The notes under the pieces are model-generated. The model ran no database searches, had not been told where the DNA came from, and saw nothing but the letters and a program-made list of their open reading frames with translations. Shown piece after piece: positions 20,430-29,438 of a stretch of DNA of 64,000 bases. The translations under genes were made by a program, and so were the position numbers. Position 1 is the first letter of the stretch, and every line of letters begins with the position of its first letter. Origin of the DNA: an uncultured Aliarcobacter sp. (GTDB lineage Bacteria; Campylobacterota; Campylobacteria; Campylobacterales; Arcobacteraceae); assembly GCA_963677435.1 (NCBI GenBank), contig OY781945.1, forward strand, positions 2,752,001 through 2,816,000, given 5' to 3'.

Positions 20430-21054
20430 ATGGCATATACTAAGGAAGACTGGAAGAAAAGAATTGCAGAAAGAAATGATATGAGTACTTCATTAATTCA
20501 TTTAACTAAAGGAAATTCACTCTTATCAACTATTGATGTACTTTACAATATATTAAAAGATAAAAAAAGTAAAAGGGAGTACAACAAATCCTGGATTTAT
20601 TGTTGGTAATGAAAAAGCTGTTTGTTTTCAAGATGCACCTTTGCATTCCATCTGTCAGAATGTTTTTTTTGAACAAAAAAAAATTAAAAATGATGGGAAT
20701 TATAAATTAAGATATAGAGCGGTTGGATTACTTTTTAATAAACAATTTGCATATAAAAAAGGTGCAAGACCTGTAATTTATGAAAAAACTGACATAGCAA
20801 AAGCATTTCTTCCTTCTAGTGAACACTGGCGAATTGTAAATTTTAATTTAGAAAATGATAGTTCTATTATAGATTGGACACATGAAAGAGAATGGCGAAT
20901 TAAAGGAGATTTTGAATTTGAATTATCAGATGTTACTATTATAGTAATTAAACAAAGTCATATAAAAAAACTGATTTCTAAATTTAATAATGATGGAATA
21001 GATTTAATGAATGAAATAAAGGGTATTGTAACACTAGAACATCTTCTTTATTGA
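20430..21054 (+). pseudogene. Frameshifted AbiGi/DUF2971-like (ADP-ribosyltransferase-fold) putative defence gene
   Basis: RBS plus ATG 20430 gives MAYTKEDWKKRIAERNDMSTSLIHLT...KDKK. Removing one A from the A7 run at 20562-20568 continues VKGST...AVCFQDAPL into the 20641 ORF (WTHEREWR), giving 207 aa. Confidence 0.7.
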
Positions 21055-21069
21055 AGATATTCTAAATCT

Positions 21070-24057
21070 TTACTTTCTCAAATACCTCAAAGTCGTAGCA
21101 ATAATATCGTCATCATCTTTACTTGGTGATTTGATTGTCTCTTTTGTATCATCTGCTTTTGTGAATGTGATTGCCATTTCATAAGAGCTAATACTTTGGA
21201 TTCCTAGATTTAATGCTAGGATTTTTATGATGATTAGTTCTATAAACTGTTTTGTGTAAATATCTGGTTTACTAAATCTATCTTCCATCTCTTCTTCGAT
21301 TTTGTACACATCTTGAATATCACTTGCACGACTAAGTCTTCTATAAAGTTCAAGTCTAACTCTATCTTCATGGATATAATCATCTGAGATATATGCTGAA
21401 ATTGCTAGTTTTATGTCAACTGTTTTTTTCTCTGGTTTGTTTTCACCGCTTAGACTTGCTAAGGCATCTTCTAACATTTTTAGATATAAACCGTATCCGA
21501 TTTGTTTGATATGTCCACTTTGGGCTTCACCAATTATATTTCCACCACCTCTGATTTCTAAATCTTGGTGAGCTAAAGCTGTTCCACTTCCTAAGTATGA
21601 ATTTGACTCTAAAGCCACAAGTCTTTTTACTGCATCATCTGTGATTTGTTTTTTATCTTCAACAACATAATAACAGAATCCCTCTTTGTTACTTCTTCCA
21701 ACTCTTCCTCTTAATTGGTGTAAATCTGCGATTCCAAATCTATCTGCTCCATCAATAATAATTGAGTTTGCATTTGGTAAGTGAAGTCCTGATTCAACGA
21801 TTGAAGTTGCAAGTAAAATATCAAACTCTTTGTTTTCAAAGGCATCTATTATTTTTTCTGCAAGGTCTGGTTTGATTTGAGAGTGGATAACTTGGATTTT
21901 TATTCCTGGAACTATTTGTTCAATATCTGCTTTTTTCACTTCAATTGAAGCTATGTTATTATGCACATAAAAAAGTTGTCCACCTCTTCTTTTTTCCCTT
22001 AAAATAATCTCTTTAATTAATTTGTCACTAAACTCTTTTACATAAGTTCGAACTCCCAATCTCTCAGTTGGTGGAGTAAGAAGTGAGCTCATACCTTTTA
22101 GTTTTGATAAAGCAAGGTTTAAAGTTCGTGGAATTGGCGTTGCACTCATAGAGAAGATATGAACATCTTCTCTTAGGTGTTTTAGTTTCTCTTTTTGTTT
22201 AACCCCAAATTTATGCTCTTCATCTATGATTACTAAAGCTAGATTATTTGTTTGAATTTCTAAAAGTGAGTGAGTTCCAATAACTAACTTTATCTCTCCA
22301 CTTGCCAAACCTTTTTTGATATGAGTTTTCTCTTTTGCACTTGTTTTTCCATCAAGTTTGGCAATACTTATACCAAATTCTGAAAATCTTTTTTGCATAC
22401 TATGATAATGTTGGGTTGCAAGAAGTGTTGTTGGACATACAAAAATAGCTTGATAACCATCCAAAATTACAGCTAACATTGCATTCATTGCAACTTCTGT
22501 TTTACCAAATCCAACATCTCCAGAAAGAAGTCTATCCATAACTCGACCGCTACTTAAATCTGTAAAAATTTCTCTAATACTTCTTTTTTGGTCTTTTGTA
22601 TAATCAAAACCTGCACTTTTTTGGAAATCTTCAAGGATTTTTTTATCTGTGTTGATTTGAATTCCATTTACAAGTTCCCTTGCAGCTGCAATTTTGATAA
22701 TATCATTTGCAATGGCAAAAAGTCTATCTTTTACTTTCTCTTTTAGTTTGGCAAATGAGCCTTTTCCTAGCTTATCAACAACTGCATAAGAGCTTCCATC
22801 AGCTACATATCTATCAATTAAATCAATATTTTCAACGGGAATTAAAAGTTTGTCATCCCCCGCATACATCACGATTACAAAGTCTCTTTTTGCACCCATT
22901 ACAGTTACGGGTTCAATTCCTTTGTATTGTCCGATTCCATGTTTTTCGTGAACTACATAATCATTTAATTGAAGCTCATCAAGAACAAGTTTTACTTTTT
23001 TCTTTCTTCGTTTTTTTATCTCTTTGTTTAGAGAGATAATTACTTCATCTATTCCAACTAAATTTATGATGTAGTTTTCAAAAACATATTTGATATTTTT
23101 ATCATTTAAATCTAACTCATAACCTTTTACTTTGGCTTCAGTTCCTGAAATGATTGTGATTTTTTTCTCTTTGTGAAAAGAGATAAACTCTTTTACATTT
23201 GCAGGTGCAATTTCTTGATAGTTTCTGCTGTTATAGATTTGAGGTGTTAATAAAAACTTATCTTTGTTTATTCTTTTTTCTTCAAAAACATAAACTTCTT
23301 CAAGTTCATCTAAAGCATCTTGAGTTATAAATGAGCTAAGATTTTGGGGTAAATATTCGCCTAATTCATCTAAATACCAAAACCCTAAAGAGTGAATATC
23401 TTTGATAAAAGCATCACTTGAAACAGTTTCTATTTGTTCATTTATAGCACTTAAAGAGTTTTCATCAAGGGCTAAAAAAGCTGGGTTAATTGTAAAAGTT
23501 TCTATTTCATCTTTTGTTGATTTTTGATCTTCAATGTCAAATTTTCTAATACTTTCAACTTCATCATCAAAAAGTGAAACCCTATATCCAAACTCACTTC
23601 CTAAAGGACAAATATCAATAATATCCCCACGAATAGAGACTTCTCCCTCACTTGTAACAATATCTACAAAGTAATATCCCCAATTGTAAAGTTTTGATTT
23701 TAGCTCATCAATTTTGATTGTATCTGCAAAATTTATAGTAAAACTATCAAAACATTTCTCTTTTGGAAGTGGATATGAAATTGTTCGAATAGGTGAAATT
23801 AGGATTTTGTCTTGTTTTTTGTAAGAGTAATAAGAACTCAAAGTTCCCGTAATGTCTTGTAATTCATTTGAAAATGATAATAAATCATCTCCAAAGTTTG
23901 CTCTAAAATCTGATAAAACAAAAGGCTTCAAACCCAAATATGCCACAATATCTGAAGCTATTTGAGCTTGTCTATCGTCATTTACTATTAGTAATTGACA
24001 CTCTTTTGTTCTTTTTTCGTCTTTTAAATTTTTTAAAAATTCGTAAATATTTTTCAC
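21070..24057 (-). CDS. mfd: Transcription-repair coupling factor Mfd
   Basis: CarD-like RID (DYVVHEKHGIG), GDVGFGKTEVA, DEEH, SATPIPRTL, QLRGRVGR, TRG motif. Confidence 0.97.
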   Translation of the reverse strand: MKNIYEFLKNLKDEKRTKECQLLIVNDDRQAQIASDIVAYLGLKPFVLSDFRANFGDDLLSFSNELQDITGTLSSYYSYKKQDKILISPIRTISYPLPKEKCFDSFTINFADTIKIDELKSKLYNWGYYFVDIVTSEGEVSIRGDIIDICPLGSEFGYRVSLFDDEVESIRKFDIEDQKSTKDEIETFTINPAFLALDENSLSAINEQIETVSSDAFIKDIHSLGFWYLDELGEYLPQNLSSFITQDALDELEEVYVFEEKRINKDKFLLTPQIYNSRNYQEIAPANVKEFISFHKEKKITIISGTEAKVKGYELDLNDKNIKYVFENYIINLVGIDEVIISLNKEIKKRRKKKVKLVLDELQLNDYVVHEKHGIGQYKGIEPVTVMGAKRDFVIVMYAGDDKLLIPVENIDLIDRYVADGSSYAVVDKLGKGSFAKLKEKVKDRLFAIANDIIKIAAARELVNGIQINTDKKILEDFQKSAGFDYTKDQKRSIREIFTDLSSGRVMDRLLSGDVGFGKTEVAMNAMLAVILDGYQAIFVCPTTLLATQHYHSMQKRFSEFGISIAKLDGKTSAKEKTHIKKGLASGEIKLVIGTHSLLEIQTNNLALVIIDEEHKFGVKQKEKLKHLREDVHIFSMSATPIPRTLNLALSKLKGMSSLLTPPTERLGVRTYVKEFSDKLIKEIILREKRRGGQLFYVHNNIASIEVKKADIEQIVPGIKIQVIHSQIKPDLAEKIIDAFENKEFDILLATSIVESGLHLPNANSIIIDGADRFGIADLHQLRGRVGRSNKEGFCYYVVEDKKQITDDAVKRLVALESNSYLGSGTALAHQDLEIRGGGNIIGEAQSGHIKQIGYGLYLKMLEDALASLSGENKPEKKTVDIKLAISAYISDDYIHEDRVRLELYRRLSRASDIQDVYKIEEEMEDRFSKPDIYTKQFIELIIIKILALNLGIQSISSYEMAITFTKADDTKETIKSPSKDDDDIIATTLRYLRK

Positions 24058-24365
24058 TATTTTTCTTCTTGGATTAACTCAAAATCATTTGTTTCTTTAT
24101 CATAATAATATGTTGGATATGGTGTTTCATTTAATAAAAAGATTAAATTTGCATCATTAAAAACATTTTTTTGAAGCCCTTTTTTAAAAACCTCTAAAAT
24201 ATAAGCTTTTGTAGAGAAAGTTGTAGTTGATGAAGTTGCTGTATATACAAAATCTTCACCATCAACGGGTTTAAATCCCTCTTTTTTTACATGCTTCTCA
24301 AACTTTTCTTTATCTTCTAAACCACCAACATCTAATAAAACTATTACTTCTATTCCCTCTGCCAT
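24057..24365 (-). CDS. Hypothetical protein coupled to mfd
   Basis: 102-aa ORF whose TAG stop overlaps the mfd GTG start by 1 nt. Confidence 0.75.
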   Translation of the reverse strand: MAEGIEVIVLLDVGGLEDKEKFEKHVKKEGFKPVDGEDFVYTATSSTTTFSTKAYILEVFKKGLQKNVFNDANLIFLLNETPYPTYYYDKETNDFELIQEEK

Positions 24366-24521
24366 CTTTTCCCCAAAAAATTTTTGGCTTATTCTAACAT
24401 ATTAAAGTTTTGTTATTGATTGTAATAAAATTTCAAAAAAATAAAGATTTTAGTGCAAAAAGATATTCTAATACTACGCTTTTATAATATGATATGTATT
24501 ATTAGTTTCAAAGGATTTAAA

Positions 24522-24776
24522 ATGAATTATGAATTATTAAGCAAACTCTCTATGGAAGAGGCAGAAAAATATAAAAATGATGCTTTGATTTTAAGAAGAA
24601 GAAATGAAATTATTTATCAAGAAATCGGAAAATTAAAAACAATAATAGAAAAACTAGAAAAAGAAAATAGTAGTTTAAAAGAAGAAATAACCACTTTAAA
24701 TAGTGAAATTGATTCATTAAAAAATGTATTAGAGTTTAAAAAAGATGAAAACCAACACTATATACATTATTCGTGA
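24522..24776 (+). CDS. Small coiled-coil hypothetical protein
   Basis: ATG 24522 after AAGGA, TATAAT upstream; heptad-repeat pattern. Confidence 0.65.
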   Translation: MNYELLSKLSMEEAEKYKNDALILRRRNEIIYQEIGKLKTIIEKLEKENSSLKEEITTLNSEIDSLKNVLEFKKDENQHYIHYS

Positions 24777-24816
24777 AGTTTATTAAAAAAGAAAGAAAAG
24801 TAAATTTCTCTCTTTT

Positions 24817-25524
24817 TTACGAAATTAATGCACTAATAAATCCAATCAGTCCACCAAATACAGCTCCCCAAATAACTAACCATCCTAAATGTTCTTTAAT
24901 CATTTCTTGAACTATCTCTTTTACCATTTTTGGTGTTAGTTCTTCAAGTCTTGTATTTACGATTTTGCTTAATTTATTGTAAATATCTTCACTTAAATCT
25001 TCTGATTTTAAAGCTTCATTTACAACTTCTTGGAAAGCATCACTTGCAGAAATTGAGATTATTGAAGCTTGTAGTTTTTTTGTAAAAGGTTCTCTTAAAG
25101 GCTCTAATGCTGCTTCTCCCCCAAACATTCCTAACATTCCACCAAAAGATGATTGCATTACTGATTCTTTTAGTGATTCATAGGCTGGTGAAAAATCTGT
25201 TTTATTTAAGATTTTTTCAAAATCTATTGTTTTTTTTGCACTTGATACTTCTTCTTCAAAGAATCTTTTTAAATGTTCACGAGTGAAAAATTGATTCATA
25301 AGTAAATTATGTATTGAGATTTTAAATTGTGAGAATTTACTTTCAATCACACCACTTCCATATAAAAAAGGAACTTTTTCAAAAAGCATATGAATTGCAA
25401 GTGTATTTGTAATTGCTCCACTTAAGGCAAATAATCCAATCATGTAAATTAAATCATTTCCATTTGAATATCCATAAGCCATGATTAAAACGGTAATTAT
25501 ATTTGTGATATCTGATTTGTTCAT
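24817..25524 (-). CDS. DUF445-family membrane protein
   Basis: GAITNTLAIHMLF, GSGVI and HLGWLVIWGAVFGGLIG. Confidence 0.85.
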   Translation of the reverse strand: MNKSDITNIITVLIMAYGYSNGNDLIYMIGLFALSGAITNTLAIHMLFEKVPFLYGSGVIESKFSQFKISIHNLLMNQFFTREHLKRFFEEEVSSAKKTIDFEKILNKTDFSPAYESLKESVMQSSFGGMLGMFGGEAALEPLREPFTKKLQASIISISASDAFQEVVNEALKSEDLSEDIYNKLSKIVNTRLEELTPKMVKEIVQEMIKEHLGWLVIWGAVFGGLIGFISALIS

Positions 25525-25593
25525 AATAAAATCCTTGTGCTTTTTAGAGTTAGGATTTTATCATAAGTTTATAAAATAAGTTTTTAAATAGAT

Positions 25594-27294
25594 TTATAAT
25601 TTAATTGGAATAATTCCAGTTGATTTTCCAGGCTTCACCTCTTTATAAATAGTATCATCAAGTGGTTTAATATGTGCATCTTTTCCATAAATATAACTTT
25701 GTTCATCCACTATTACTTTATATGCTTTATTAAGTTCTATAGCTCTTTTTATACTTGGATAGATTAAATATGTTATATCATTTTTGATTTTATTAACTTC
25801 ACTTTGAATTAATTTCCCATTTTTATCAAAGAATTTATTTTTAATTTCATTATTTGCTCTATACTCATCACCTGCTCTATTTTGTTCTAAATAAAAAGCA
25901 AATTCACCTTGTCCATTTGGTAGAATTCTATCTTTTGTACCTTTTAAATCTTTTTTATTCCAATGATACCAAGCATTTTTTTCATCAAATTTTCTAGGAA
26001 ATGCAAAACTAGAATCAGTGGTTGCACCAATTCCAGAATGACAACCAATACAAGATAAAGTTTCTTCATAAGATTGTGGTCGTAAATCACCATTAATATC
26101 TTCTATAAATCCTTGATAAACCCATCCTGAACCAGATAATAAACCACTTTCTATATTTCCATTTACTTCTTTTAATCTTTCAGGAAAATCATGTTTTTCT
26201 TTTATTTCAGTTGTTGCTGAGTTACTCAATTGCATGTAATTATTCCACGATACTTTTTTTGTATATCTTAACTCTTTCATTCTAGGAGACATTTTTATAC
26301 TATTTTTCTGTTCATCAATTCCAATATATCTAACAGAATGTAAGAATTCTGTTCCATTTGGATAAAGCCCAGGTGAAATATGAAGTTTATTTGATTTAAG
26401 CTCTTCATTTGCTAAACCTACATAATAGTTTTTGTATATAACTTTTGGGTATTTTGATAGTGCATCTGGTTTATTCCATTTATAAACAATAAGAGATGTT
26501 TTATCTATTAAATTATTATGATTTAAATCAACATTATATTTTGACTCATCAACTTCAAAATCTAATTTTACATCTTGTTTTTTTATCATTGATTCTACAA
26601 TTGCCAGATTTATTTTATAAATCTCTTTTGAAAAATTTCCTTTTTCATCTTGCATCATAGATTTGGGAAGTCTAATAAGTACATCATCAACACTTCCATT
26701 TGTTGGCCAAAAAGTTCCTAAAAATGGTGTATAAGCAAAGGCTCTCCAACCAGTATAAACACCATTTAAATCTTTATCAAAACCTTCGTCATCAAAATTA
26801 AAATAACTATCTGGAATATACCCACTCCATTTTCCATCTTTTTTTCCATTATATGAAAAATCCCAAGTTGATGGTAAATTTTGTGTTAATTTTTCTGCAA
26901 TTATTATTTCCCCATTGTTTTTTTTATAATTATCTTTATTGATATATGAAAGAATTTCACTATCACTTATTTTTGAAACTAATGTTGTTCTATCTTTAAA
27001 TGAGTTTGTAAATGGATTTTTATTACTACTTTCACTAAAATCATAAGCTGCTTGCAAATCAAAATCATTTATAAAATTTGGTTCTTTAGAGTTTATATGA
27101 CAAGAATAACAAGGATTAAATGTATTATTTTTATTATCTTGTGTTTTTGTATAACATTGAGGGCTGATATAAACTGAACTTTTATTTAAAATAGTTTTTG
27201 ATGTAATATCTCTACTTTCAACCAAAAAATCTTTTTTGTAAGCATTAGCAGTTACAAACATAAGTAAACTTAAAAATAGAACTTTTTTAAACAT
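25594..27294 (-). CDS. Exported protein with two CxxCH heme-binding motifs
   Basis: Signal peptide; CYSCH and CIGCH. Confidence 0.75.
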   Translation of the reverse strand: MFKKVLFLSLLMFVTANAYKKDFLVESRDITSKTILNKSSVYISPQCYTKTQDNKNNTFNPCYSCHINSKEPNFINDFDLQAAYDFSESSNKNPFTNSFKDRTTLVSKISDSEILSYINKDNYKKNNGEIIIAEKLTQNLPSTWDFSYNGKKDGKWSGYIPDSYFNFDDEGFDKDLNGVYTGWRAFAYTPFLGTFWPTNGSVDDVLIRLPKSMMQDEKGNFSKEIYKINLAIVESMIKKQDVKLDFEVDESKYNVDLNHNNLIDKTSLIVYKWNKPDALSKYPKVIYKNYYVGLANEELKSNKLHISPGLYPNGTEFLHSVRYIGIDEQKNSIKMSPRMKELRYTKKVSWNNYMQLSNSATTEIKEKHDFPERLKEVNGNIESGLLSGSGWVYQGFIEDINGDLRPQSYEETLSCIGCHSGIGATTDSSFAFPRKFDEKNAWYHWNKKDLKGTKDRILPNGQGEFAFYLEQNRAGDEYRANNEIKNKFFDKNGKLIQSEVNKIKNDITYLIYPSIKRAIELNKAYKVIVDEQSYIYGKDAHIKPLDDTIYKEVKPGKSTGIIPIKL

Positions 27295-27364
27295 TTGATT
27301 CCTTCTAAAATATATAAGAAAATTCTAATAAAAAAGAGAAAGGTAAACTTTCCCCTTTTTTTAA

Positions 27365-29260
27365 TTATTTTGTATATTTAAATGGCCCAACAACACCAAC
27401 AGTTGAATTTTTTTGAGCATCAGATGCACTACTTGCTAATGCATAATCAGCATCAGTAGGCTCAGTTTCTCCAAATGGATGTTGAGTAACTAAAGTTAAA
27501 TATCCAAATCCATTAATATCTTTATACCAATATGGAGATGTTGTCTCTGATCCATATGGAGTTGAAGCAATTCTTGTTAATTTTTTACTAACAGTATCAT
27601 AAGACCATAAAAAGTCATTTGGATGAGCACTTGTATCTTCCCCAATAATAAGCGTATCTTTATCTTTTAAGTATGTAACATTATCTGGACTTGCAATGCC
27701 ATTAACTGAACAAGTATAAGCTGCATAAGGAGAATCTTTTGGATAAGTTTCTGGAACACCTACAATTTCAGCAGCAGTATTTAAAACAACATATTTACTA
27801 TCAATTACTTTATTTGTTGAATCATAAATAGTTTCTGTAGAATCAGATACTTTTAATCCGTACACTGCACCACATTTGTTTTTAGCAACTTTAATATCTC
27901 CTATAGTATCAGCCATACCTTTAGCAACTTCACTCATTGAAACATAAAGTTTTCTGGCATTTGGATTAAATGTGATACCCTCTTCTTTTCTAAATTCAGT
28001 TGTTGCACCCAAATATGATGCGTATCTTCTTGTTTCCAAAAACGCTGCTTGTTTTTCTTTACCTGTTTTTACTCGTAAGCATTCTTTACCTGTTGCTGTA
28101 TTTACAAAAGTAAATCCACTATTACAAGTATCTCCCGATTGAACACTATCTGTATCAAAAATATCACTGAATTTTGGTTGTGAAGTTACAATTGTTTTAA
28201 TTTCCGTATCACTTGCATGACCTAATTTAATCCATTGAATATTTGCTGTTCCAGCCCCAACTCCAACAGCAGAAGTTTGAATCCATTTTGCAGCATATAA
28301 ACTACCTGCACTTAAATCTTTTGCCTTATCAGCTACATACATATAAAAACCGACATTTGTTCCATCATCAGATAGATATGCTGTTTTTTCATCAGGCATA
28401 ACATAGGCTAATTCCCAAGCTCCTCTACCCATACTAAAATGTTTTGTATAATTATATGTTGGAGTTGAACCACTTGCATCAACTTTTACTTCTGGTATAT
28501 ATCCATAATAATATGGATTATTATTTAAACTTGCATTTGCATTGTTTTCATCTTTCCAATATAACTTTGTCACTTCATCATAATATTTATCACTTGTAAG
28601 CATAGTTTTAGGATTTAAATTAGTTTCTACAAACCTTGCATTAGGCTCATACTCTTCTGAACCTAAATGTGATTCCCATGGAGTTGTTACACCAGCACAA
28701 TGAACCCAGCCACCAAATCCATCTGCTTGAGAAATATATTTCATAGTATTTGGTTTTACAGATAATGCTCCCGTAGTTTTATTCTGTTCTAATTCCATAC
28801 CATACATTGAACCTACTTCACATTCAAATTGACTCACCATAAATAATTTACCATTTTGTTGAAGAATAGATGAGTGATCAACTCCTGAACCTAATAATCC
28901 TCCATTAGTTCCATTACAGATATAAGGGGAACTATCAACATTTGAAACGATAGGTTTACCACGATAATCTTTTGCTGCACCAAATATTTCTGCATTGTTT
29001 ACAGTACCAGCTGAAATTAAAGTTGTATATCCTATATTATCAATTTTTCCATCTGAATAAGTTACAGATGAACTTGTTCGAATTGACATTTTGTCTGAAT
29101 CTTTAATTGGAGCAGTAACTTCAGAAAAAGCTAATTTTGTAACTTTTGTCTCTGTTGTATTTGCGCTAGAAATACCATTAGTTTCATCTGTCCAACAACC
29201 TGAAAAAGTTACTAATGCTAATAATGCACTAACTCCAACACTTAAACAAACTTTTTTCAT
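27365..29260 (-). CDS. phoX: PhoX-type alkaline phosphatase (DUF839), lipoprotein
   Basis: HCAGVTTPWESHLGSEEYE, MGRGAWE, KEEG, SPDN, IGED, QHP motifs. Start ATG 29260 after AAGGA; lipobox FSGC. Confidence 0.85.
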   Translation of the reverse strand: MKKVCLSVGVSALLALVTFSGCWTDETNGISSANTTETKVTKLAFSEVTAPIKDSDKMSIRTSSSVTYSDGKIDNIGYTTLISAGTVNNAEIFGAAKDYRGKPIVSNVDSSPYICNGTNGGLLGSGVDHSSILQQNGKLFMVSQFECEVGSMYGMELEQNKTTGALSVKPNTMKYISQADGFGGWVHCAGVTTPWESHLGSEEYEPNARFVETNLNPKTMLTSDKYYDEVTKLYWKDENNANASLNNNPYYYGYIPEVKVDASGSTPTYNYTKHFSMGRGAWELAYVMPDEKTAYLSDDGTNVGFYMYVADKAKDLSAGSLYAAKWIQTSAVGVGAGTANIQWIKLGHASDTEIKTIVTSQPKFSDIFDTDSVQSGDTCNSGFTFVNTATGKECLRVKTGKEKQAAFLETRRYASYLGATTEFRKEEGITFNPNARKLYVSMSEVAKGMADTIGDIKVAKNKCGAVYGLKVSDSTETIYDSTNKVIDSKYVVLNTAAEIVGVPETYPKDSPYAAYTCSVNGIASPDNVTYLKDKDTLIIGEDTSAHPNDFLWSYDTVSKKLTRIASTPYGSETTSPYWYKDINGFGYLTLVTQHPFGETEPTDADYALASSASDAQKNSTVGVVGPFKYTK

Positions 29261-29323
29261 TTTTATATTCCTTGTTCTATTTTTAATCAGCTTTACAGCA
29301 CCTATTTTCAAATAATTTCTATT

Positions 29324-29356
29324 AGTATAAAAATAAAAAATTACAAACTGATAACA
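29324..29356 (-). promoter_or_regulatory. Pho-box promoter for phoX
   Basis: Minus strand TGTTAT-N5-TGTAAT-N10-TATACT. Confidence 0.65.
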
Positions 29357-29384
29357 ATAAATATTATGCTTAAAAAATAGATTT

Positions 29385-29417
29385 TGTCACTATCTTGTAA
29401 TCAAAGCCTTTTATAAT
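29385..29417 (+). promoter_or_regulatory. Pho-box promoter for the olsF-like gene
   Basis: TGTCAC-N5-TGTAAT-N10-TATAAT. Confidence 0.7.
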
Positions 29418-29438
29418 TTTATTAAAGTAGGAGTATTA

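Noticed and set aside
29261..29311. Extended PhoX N-terminus as a Tat signal
   Set aside because: No RR pair (RTR only); the RBS and Pho-box promoter support ATG 29260.
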